From: Eledone cirrhosa
Lineage: Eukaryota
Direction: 5' to 3'
Length of the DNA stretch: 64,000 bases
Assembly: GCA_964016885.1 (NCBI GenBank)
Contig: OZ024740.1
Span: 262,632,001 to 262,696,000, forward strand
This document shows positions 54,885-64,000 of the stretch, one piece after another (within the stretch, counting starts at the first letter, position 1; the number at the start of each line of letters is the position of its first letter). A program made the translations under genes and the position numbers. Under the pieces are notes generated by a model. The model searched no databases, was not told where the DNA came from, and saw only the letters and a list, made by a program, of their open reading frames with translations.

Positions 54885-57800
54885 TAACGGCAGAGTGGGC
54901 TATACATGAAAGGGGGCGCCCAGTTATATGTGTCTACAGAGATGTTGTTACGTTGCTAACATGGATCAATCCACATGTCGAATCTTCCCGCAAAGCCACA
55001 TAATGGGCGTTCATGGTATTACAGTAAATAGTATGCGCAGACTGTACATAGAAAATGCGTGCAGAATATATATAAAAAAAGAAGGAACGTGTATGCATAT
55101 GAGATAGTACACAAGATAAGTATGAGATACACACGTGGGTCTCTATACAAAAAATACATTAGGTGTTACAAAATCGAATACGTGGAGAGTATGCACTCTC
55201 TACTGAAAAGATACACATGCAGGGGGCTGCGTGGACCGGCCATAGTGGAGTATGTCACTCTGGTTGAGGTATAGTGTCTTAATTGTGTAATGCATTTGAC
55301 TGAATATCAATGGGATCCGGATCAACCTGTCCCGGCTCAGGCAATGTTCTTGCCTAGGGTGACGTGCAGAGTCGGGTAGGCATCCTGGGTTATTTCGGCT
55401 TACCCCACGGAGCATATATAGTCAACAGGGTATGGTGTCTGATCTCTTGAACCCGTTTCGCCGCTCTGGTCGGCGTTTGCTCCGTCGCATGCCTTTAGCT
55501 TGGGCCGCCCGGTGAATTCCATGCAGAGAGTGTGCACCTTCTCTCGTGTCTGCACGTCATGATTATTTACGATTTCAGGTTGACCGCATCATCCTTCAGT
55601 CTGACTATCTCCATGGCCTCGGATAGGCATAGCCTACATTTTCTATTTCCAGCCGAATATGCATTCGCGTGTCGAACGATACTCCAGCTGAGGGCATACG
55701 GGGTGCCTTTGTCTTTCAAGTCCCACACCAGGTCCGCCAGCCTAGTAGAGTGCCTCTTGCTCCGGTCCTTGAAAGAGTTTGTGTGGTTATACATCCGCGA
55801 TTTAAAGGTCGTGATGTTGCGCCGATGTGGATGCGCTTTATATTGTGCGTGCTAACCACATATTTATATACCAGGCCCTTCGTTAGGCATCTTCCCTGCA
55901 TGGGACACTGTATGCCCGCTCTGCAGTTGCACGTTCTGTTGTTATATTGTTCATTTCGGACGCCTGGCCCTTGATCCGTCACAGCCCCATCCAGGTTCTC
56001 TGGGTGTTGTTCTGCCGACACGGTGGTCTCCCCTTCGCCACTCATTTCCGCCCGGCGTTGGATTGTATCGTCTTCCGCGGGCGTGGCGGCCGCCGCAAGG
56101 ACCGGGTTGTAGTTGGAAGACCGCTCTGCGAGGGGCCCTCCGGGGTCAGAAGCACGGTCATTCGGCCGTGTGGTGGTTGAAGATCTTCACCGTGTGGCAG
56201 TTGAAGATCTTGTGGTATCAGCTCAACGGCGTGAAGCACTCGTCTAACGCTCGGAAGAAGCCTGATACATTGCTGCATACATGCTTAGAATACGGTGCAT
56301 TAAACCATGTAACGGCCTTAGACCTTGTCTTGTTCCTTCGTGTGTGTGTAGTGGCGTGAATGTGTGTTGGATCTGGTGTCCGTCCCGGTTTTTTCCCACC
56401 CGTTATTTCGTCCCCTATGTTGCAGTTATCCATATGTCTTCCGTGGGCGTCGGGGTACGCCGTTCGCTTACTGAGGTATTCCGTTTTGTATAGTCGGTTT
56501 TACTGTTAGTCTCGTTAATGCTATGTGGTGTTGCTGTCGGTGCTATATCATTGCTACAGGGCCGGGTATTCCATCTACCGGGTTCCGCGGCCGTACACGT
56601 GCTTACCCTGTCCCTAGTTCTAGTTTCCGCGACGCATGTGGTGCGCGTGCCGGGCTTCTGTCTACGTGCACTGGGTGGACTGGTGCCCGTGTGTGTCTTC
56701 GTCTGTCTTATTGTCGGTCTTGTGTCCTTGTGGTGATCTATGCTGCTACTCGTGTTCCTGGAAGCTAGTTCCGGGTCGTTCCGTCTACCTATAGAAGTGC
56801 CACTGCTATTGTCGTATCCGCATGCCTCGGCACTAGGCACTTCCCTGTCCGTGGTGTACACTATGGTTTCTGTGTAACCGGCTCTGCGCAGTGCCTCATT
56901 ATAATAGCCAGCGTGCTGGTTGAAAACGTCTGAGTTGGCCGATAGGGTGAATACGCGTTTTGATACCCCTTTAACTATTGCTTCTATGACTGACTTGGGG
57001 TGGTTTGAGTGCAGGTTCTCATTGGGCTTGTGATAAGGTCGGTGTATTCCCGTATTCATTTCCAGGGTAACCTCCAGGAAATTCACAGTCTTAGTGGTAG
57101 GATCTATCATCACGGATAAGCCGTGTTGATTAAAAAAGTGCGATATGCGCTTCCTCATACGTTCCAGCTGGTTGGGGTTTAGGGAACTGAAGGTAAAAAG
57201 TGCGTCGTCTCTGTATATTCCTCCGCCGATCCCCGGAATCTCCTCCGCTAATCTTTGGAGGAGATAGATTCCCACCATGTGGGTCACCTGCGTAGAGTCG
57301 CTCGACCCCATAGTAATATCGAAACTGTCGGGTCTATACTTCCTCTCCCATAATTTATCTTCGAAGCTAATTAGCCGCCTCTCTAGTAAGGTTGGACTTG
57401 GCCATGGCACTCATGAGGGCTTGTTCACTATTACTGGTGATACTGACGCGTAGTAATTCGCTATGTCTAATTGAATGAAATTTACCTGCTGTTTGCTATC
57501 TATTAGCGAGAACCAGTCAATTACCTCCTTAGTGGAGGTCCATAAGCTAAGCCTAGTTTTGTTCCTAAGTACCTGTAGTATCATGTCTATGATATTCTTG
57601 CTGGTCCTACTTATGTCGGATTTGGAGTGTGTTATTAGCCTAACAGGTAGAGTAGTTCTAAAGTCTAATGATGATCCTTAATGGATATCCGTGGTTTTCT
57701 GTGTACATATCGTTATGTCCTATCATCTATTCCTAGCCCGGTCATTATTATTTTGGTCGTGGCGTTAATGCTATTTAAGTTGTCCTGTCTTGTGATCCTG

Positions 57801-58270
57801 TAATTTTTCCTAACCTCTTTCCCGATGCAGTCGTTGTATATAAAACGGTCAAGCATGTATACATTACGAGTTTTGTCCGAGGGCACAAGTAAATCCGGGC
57901 ATTCTTCCATGCTTTTGATTGTGGAGCTCTGTCTCCGGAGGTAAACCGTATGTTGTGTATTATTCCTTCGGAATTTGATGTTTTGGATGATGTTGGTGAT
58001 ACGGTTTTCAAATTCTTCCAGCTGTACATTATGTGGTGGGTATCGTCTTGATCTAAAGATCCGTTTTCGGCGGTCCTGAGGATTGTCGGGTGCGTGTTGC
58101 TGTGTCCTTCTGTCGTGCGTCTAACGAAAGAGTTGGTGTGGTGTATCAGTAGGCTCATGTATGTGTTGTCAGAAGGGATCGGGATGTCCTTTCTATTATA
58201 TCATACTCTGCTCTGTAAGAGCATAGAGTGCTCAACCGGCATACCGCCTATGGAAGCATCTTAGTTACCA
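54885..58270 (-). mobile_element. Near full-length Penelope-like element (YRDD / WFN type) with expanded linker
   Basis: SDKTRNVY, FDITMGSSDS, GIYRDDAL, VNFLEVTL, HSNHP, WFNAPYS, CNC..CP, GLVYKY..IHIG, CRLCLSE; several frameshifts; microsatellites at both ends. Confidence 0.9.
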
Positions 58271-58376
<106 letters not shown>

Positions 58377-58901
58377 TAGCGAGAATCGAATTTCGGCTTT
58401 GGAATAGCGAAAAACAACCTCCGAGATGTGTGGAAAGCGCTCAATAATTCTGACGAACCAGAGCTACAACATACGTTAAAGGCCAAACACACTGAGACGA
58501 TGGTTAAACCGTCATCCGCATAGCCATAGAAACGACCAAGTAATTCGGGTCAAACAAATAAAAAATATGTGATTGAAACATTTACCCGGACCCTTGGAAG
58601 GTTGGTAAAATCCAGCATTTGGGTTTCTGCGACTCCTAAATCAAGTACTGTCCGCTTAGACAAATAATGTTAGGCTTCTGGTAAGATGATTGAACAAGGA
58701 AGTCACTTTCTCAACAGGTTTTAGGTCAAGTATCAGGCAAAGGAATGACCGTTACTGATACCCACGTGGGGCTCGACAAGGGAGGCAACCCTTATTTTTG
58801 GCGGATGAAATTCAGTATGTGTATATTATTGCAAAAATGCAAAATATCACAAAACGAGTTAAGCTCTCAACAGAATGGTTATAAGTTAACAAAAGCTATT
58901 T

Positions 58902-59078
58902 ATGGCAGTATCGGTAGAGGGTCGGACGCCATGCTTTCAAGCATAGTTACGTCCCTTTACGATCTGAGTTCAAATCCCGCCGAGGTTGACTTTGCCTTTC
59001 ATCCTTACGGGGTCGATAAAATAAAGTACCAGTAATGCACTAGGTAATTGCTGGCCTTGTGCCCAAAATAGAAACAAG
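58902..59078 (+). mobile_element. SINE copy
   Basis: Near-identical to 30933-31120. Confidence 0.92.
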
Positions 59079-59367
59079 TATTATTCAAAATGTTAATAAA
59101 TGAAAAATATTCGCATAATCAAAATATATACTTTATTATATATATTTCAAAGGTACTGTGCTGTTTTTTCAGTACGTCCTCATCAAACGAAATATATGAT
59201 TTGATATATGACATACCACTACGGTCTTGATTATGCGAATATTTTTCCTTTGTTAACATTTTGAATAATATTAAAAACTCCAGGAAAACATTTTTACAGG
59301 TGAGTGCTTCTAATCTATTGTAAAACTACATTCGTTGAGTAATCAAAGAATCATATTAATCTTTGGT

Positions 59368-59370
<3 letters not shown>
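59079..59370. repeat. Fold-back pseudo-LTR-type repeat (family of 33180-33470) with degenerate HHR
   Basis: 59079-59122 is inverted at 59227-59270; 59250-59370 is the reverse complement of ~33185-33295. Confidence 0.75.
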
Positions 59371-59401
<31 letters not shown>

Positions 59402-60180
59402 TGTATGTATGTATGTATGTATGTATGTCCGGGAGAGATGACCCCTTAGCGTTTGTCATGGCAGAATTCTAGGAGAAGGAAAACTCTGATATAACACCTG
59501 AAACTCTGACGGTATCCAATGATGTTGACTTGTTCTTCTTTTTGGTAAATATCATCTTGGTTAAGAGAGTGGGACTGGCTTTGTGCAGTGCCTTTGCTCA
59601 CTATAAAAGCTTCACGGCACAGGCATTGCTTTATATCTGGAGATCTCTCTGCACTTGTCGTCACATGGTACCAAGGGCCCAGCATTATGTGTCAATAATT
59701 GTCACAAGTGTAGTGTTTGTACCGGAGTTTTCAAGTTGCTGGCTGGACTAAAAAGTCATACTCGTTCAGCGCATCGGTAGGGGTTCTCCTACATGGATAT
59801 AAACTAGTGGCCGTACTCGAAAACGAGTTGGCAGCCACCATGTATGTATGTATGTATGTATGTATGTATGTATGTATGTATGTATGTATGTATGTATGCA
59901 TGTATGTATGTATAAATGTATATATAATTTCACGCGTTGCTTTCGGTATATATTCATGAGTGAAGATTATTTATGCATAATTTTCAAATTCAGTTTAATT
60001 AACGTTGATGGCTGAATCATTTATTAAGCAAAGCTTTATCCGACAATTGTCTGTCAGATATATATTTATCTTTTAATACTGTTTTCATTGCATTACGCTT
60101 CAATAACGATGATGACGATGATAGCAATGATTATAACGATGATGATAATAAAGATGATGTTCTTAATGAATTGGCTGGCA

Positions 60181-60320
60181 ATAATAATTGTTTCTACGTT
60201 TGGCACAAGGGAAGGAATAAATCGATTAAACCGACCCAAGTTCGTTACTGGTACTTGGTTGTATCGACCGCTTAGTGATGAAAAGCAAAGCTAACCTCGG
60301 CAGGCTTTGAACTCTGACAG
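60181..60320 (-). mobile_element. SINE, related subfamily
   Basis: Tail ATAATTGTTTCTAC.TTTGGCACAAGG and core TATCGACC..GATGAAAAGCAAAG. Confidence 0.7.
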
Positions 60321-60541
60321 TTCATTGTTCAACACACACACATACACACATTCACACACACATATATATATATTTATATTATATTAGACATAGTAGCTTG
60401 TCTGAATGCTCAACGATATTTTATGAGGATAATCTACAAAACCATTCGCTCTCATCATTTAATCACGTTGGAATTTTCACCTCCATACTACATCGAGTTC
60501 CTATACAAGTAGATACCACCGAATACACACACACACTCACA

Positions 60542-60585
<44 letters not shown>

Positions 60586-60605
60586 TATATATATATATAG
60601 ATATG

Positions 60606-60638
<33 letters not shown>

Positions 60639-60683
60639 GTATATATATATATGTATATATATATATGTATATATATATATATG

Positions 60684-60728
<45 letters not shown>

Positions 60729-61418
60729 GTATATATATATGTAAGTATGTATGTATACGTACATACATATATGTATACAGACGTACAGTAGCATGCATAT
60801 ACATTTAAGTAAGTGCCGTTCTAAGAGTGAGAAATGAAATTTCGTTTTCATTTTATTACAACTTATATATATATGTATATATATATATAATTACTGTTAT
60901 GCTTTGGGAGGGTCATGTTTCCAAAAAGAAACACACGCACCAGATATTTCATTCCAATTTATTATAAATTAAATTTATAAATTTAAGAATTTATAAATTT
61001 CCGGCTGGTTGGTTCCATAAGTCTTATTTTTCAGTGACTTCTCAATCAGCCGAGACAAACCTACATTTGGCGCAAAATAAATGTTTAACATTCACATGAC
61101 CTCTACCGACCAATCAAAATTGTTTTGACCACAAGAATTTTTTTCATACATCTGGAGCCACCTTTTTTACATAAAACAGGTAGAATTTCCAAAACTTATC
61201 AGATTAGAGCAAACATCACGGACGCTCTATCTCAAAATTATTTTTGAAAAGCATTAGAAATGCGCAACCGGTAAAATTTAAAACCAAAACTGAATACTAA
61301 CCAATACTATTACTAATTTTTACTTATTCCTAATTAAACTATTTTTCACTGGGAACAATTTGTCAGCATTTTCTTTTCCTTTTACGAATATATCATAACT
61401 CGTGTGTTACACCTCTGT

Positions 61419-61477
<59 letters not shown>

Positions 61478-61484
<7 letters not shown>

Positions 61485-62175
61485 AACAGAAATAACAACA
61501 CAATCGGTATAGTATGGAAGGTATATATTAGGTTAACGCTTGAAATAGCAAGAAGAGGGTCTTAACGTTTCGGTCGCTAGTCCTTCATCAGAAGAAAGAA
61601 TGAGAAATAAGATAGATTGAGGGGACGGCCGGGCTGGAATTGGAAAAAATGTCTTTAGATAAAAAATAACAGGTCCATTCATGTTGACATCTCTTGCAAA
61701 ACTGTTGGTGCTGGCGTTTTGTGTATGATTTATTTTTTAGAAAAGTGGACGATGGAGCGCGTCTACCTGAAATGGAAAAAAAAGCGTTTTGTAAAAAGAG
61801 CTATACTTGAGCACGTGCATAAGCATGTGTTTGTGTGTGTGTGTGTGTCTGTGTGTATTATAGGTCCGTACGAAGCTAAGAAGAAATGTGTGTGTATATG
61901 TGAGTAAAAGAATGTATTTGCATGTAAGTACGAATCTATGAGCAAAAGTATGTTAATATCAGGGTGTGTATCGGCATGTCTTTGTTGTAAGAGAAGCTGC
62001 TAATGATCAAGAGAAAGAGCTAGGAATCTAGGGGTGTGATAATGGACGGGGTATTCGAGAAATTGGGGAGGTGAGTTGAGTCCAAGAGGGGAATAGGATC
62101 CAAGGCGGTGAATCAGGCTTTGTTCAGTCCTGGTGGACGAGGCCTGTGATCCATGATGTAGAAGGACACCCAGGA
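61478..62175 (-). mobile_element. 3' fragment of the 21442 PLE family including hammerhead (61560-61595)
   Basis: Colinear with 21442-22260. Minus: TCTT-CTGATGA-A-GGAC-tagc-GACC-GAAACGTT-AAGA. Confidence 0.88.
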
Positions 62176-62274
62176 CAGATTAATGATTATGATGAGTTTG
62201 AGAGAGAAGAAAAAAAACGAAGGAGAGAAAGAAGGGGTTGTAGTAGTAGTATTAGTGGTAGACTATTAATAAAA

Positions 62275-62304
62275 ACTAGACCACCCCGTGACCCGTTGGG
62301 TCAC
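62275..62304 (-). mobile_element. Helitron-like 3' terminus
   Basis: Minus strand hairpin GTGACCC-aac-GGGTCAC followed 8 nt later by CTAG-T. Confidence 0.55.
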
Positions 62305-62586
62305 GTTCACTTCAAAATATCTTTTAAAAATCATGTTCACTTAAAAATAATTTTTAAATAATTAAAATATACGCATATGAAGTGAAATGAAACTGGAAGG
62401 CCCATATATATACATGTGTGTATGTATATATATGCGTGTGTGTGAAAACATATATATATGTATGTGTGTGTGTGTCTATCTATATATATGGGTGTCTATA
62501 TAGACTGGTCATAGACACACACGCACACACATATATGTAAACACACACACTCACAAATACACACAGCAACACCACTAGCTCCTCCC

Positions 62587-62626
<40 letters not shown>

Positions 62627-62883
62627 CATTCTCCTTCTCTGCCTCCGCTCCCCCTCTATATGTCTCTCTTTCTCTTTCTCTCTGTTTATGAAGGCACCCG
62701 GAAAAACCCTGTATCTCGGGAACTCATAGTCCGATTAATGCGAAACTTGTTTTATTCCATTTGTATTCGAATTTCAGGGTTAACTTCCTTTCAAAGTATT
62801 TTCCCATTAAGCGCCCTTTTGGCTGTATTACATTACAGACAAGCAAGCAAGCAATCGCAGAGTTTTAGTCATATATAGATAGA

Positions 62884-63085
62884 TAATAATGATTTCTACT
62901 ATAGGTACAAGACCAGCAATTTCGGGGAGGTGAAAGTCGAATAAATTGATCCCAGTACGCTACTGGTGCTTTATTTTATCGACCTCGTAAGGATGAAAGG
63001 CAAAGCTAATCTCGGCAGGATTTGAACTTAGAACGTAAAGCGCTATAACTCTCTGCTGCGAATCAGGTTGTCCGACGCTCTACTG
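62884..63085 (-). mobile_element. SINE, related subfamily
   Basis: Core TTTATTTTATCGACCTCGTAAGGATGAAAGGCAAAG and B box GGATTTGAAC. Confidence 0.8.
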
Positions 63086-63500
63086 AGAAGAAGAAGAAGA
63101 AGAAGAAGAAGAAGAAGAAGAAGAAGAAGAAGAAGAAGAAGAAGAAGAAGAAGAAGAAGAAGAAGAAAAAGAAGAAGAAAGGAAATAGTAGTAAAAGACG
63201 GAGAAGGCAAAATGAATGATATATAAATGAAAGAAGGAATTTTTTAATGAAGGAATGAAAAAGGAGAAAAACGAAAAAGTTCATTCGGTGGAAGGAGGGG
63301 AGGACGAGGAGTAAGTTGAGGTGGATGGGAATGAGGATGACATGGAAGAGGAGTAAAGAGGAGGGAGAATAGGAGAGGAGAATAAGAATGAGGTGGATGA
63401 GGAGGAGGGCAAAATGGGGAGGAGAAGGAGGAAAAGAAGGATGGGAGGAGGAGAAGGGGGAGGAATAGCAGGATGTGAAAGGGGAGGAGGAGGAATAGAA
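63086..63500. repeat. (GAA)n tract followed by purine-rich low-complexity sequence
   Basis: About 30 GAA units, then GGAG/GAGG-rich sequence. Confidence 0.9.
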
Positions 63501-63640
63501 AGCCATTAGCTTATATGTGCTATTATTCGACTGAATGAATTAATTACATTATCCCGACATCCGATTAAATTTTGAACAGAGTAAAACATCTGCCTGCTGG
63601 GAAATCTGTCCTAGCACACACAGACGAACACACACACACG

Positions 63641-63702
<62 letters not shown>

Positions 63703-63734
63703 GTCTGTGTCTGTGTCTGTGTGCCTGTATGCAT

Positions 63735-63766
<32 letters not shown>

Positions 63767-63776
63767 GCTCTCTCTC

Positions 63777-63856
<80 letters not shown>

Positions 63857-64000
63857 GGCGTGTGGGAGTGAGTGTGGTGTAGATATATTTTTATTTATTC
63901 TGGGAGTTAGAAAATAAAGGAGTGCCAAAGGCGGTCAAAGCGCCATTAACCATTTACCAGATAACAAAATATCAAGGTAAGTAGGCCCTAAGGTGAGAGC

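Noticed and set aside
55445-55490. GCCG/CGGC-GAAAC downstream of the 55-58 kb PLE ORF
   Set aside because: No CTGANGA core found upstream of the hairpin.
58445-58545. CTGACGA with downstream GAAAC
   Set aside because: Could not build consistent stems I-III.
59440-59540. GGAGAAGGAAAACTCTGA motif reminiscent of RTE 5' regions (similar hint at ~25530)
   Set aside because: Short motif only, no coding support; boundaries cannot be defined.
63913-63982. Possible plus-strand exon ending AAG-GTAAGT
   Set aside because: Good donor but weak acceptor, only ~22 codons and no recognisable protein; cannot be supported without RNA data.

Overview
This is AT-rich eukaryotic non-coding DNA with no convincing host gene, rRNA, intact tRNA or CRISPR array. 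The dense (TA)n/(CA)n microsatellites and the SINE family suggest an octopus or other cephalopod genome (inference). Most of the window is decayed mobile DNA: at least seven Penelope-like retroelements (PLEs; RT plus C-terminal GIY-YIG, in two clearly different groups), a near full-length RTE-type LINE, about 20 tRNA-derived SINE copies (some with TSDs, some in tandem arrays), Helitron pieces, a hAT MITE with an 8-bp TSD, a TTAA-type MITE and a probable solo LTR. The ORF track does not show the most interesting layer, which is roughly 15 type I hammerhead ribozyme (HHR) motifs read by eye, five with intact cores. They sit in PLE pseudo-LTRs and in small non-coding fold-back or tandem elements inserted into (TA)n tracts. 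One element (8.05-8.99 kb) is circularly permuted like a ~530-nt retrozyme. In another (19.4-19.9 kb), one arm lacks the HHR, and the deletion edge can be placed at the predicted cleavage site. A clean pre-miRNA-like hairpin lies at 29.94-30.02 kb. All calls are by manual reading, and coordinates may be off by a few bases.
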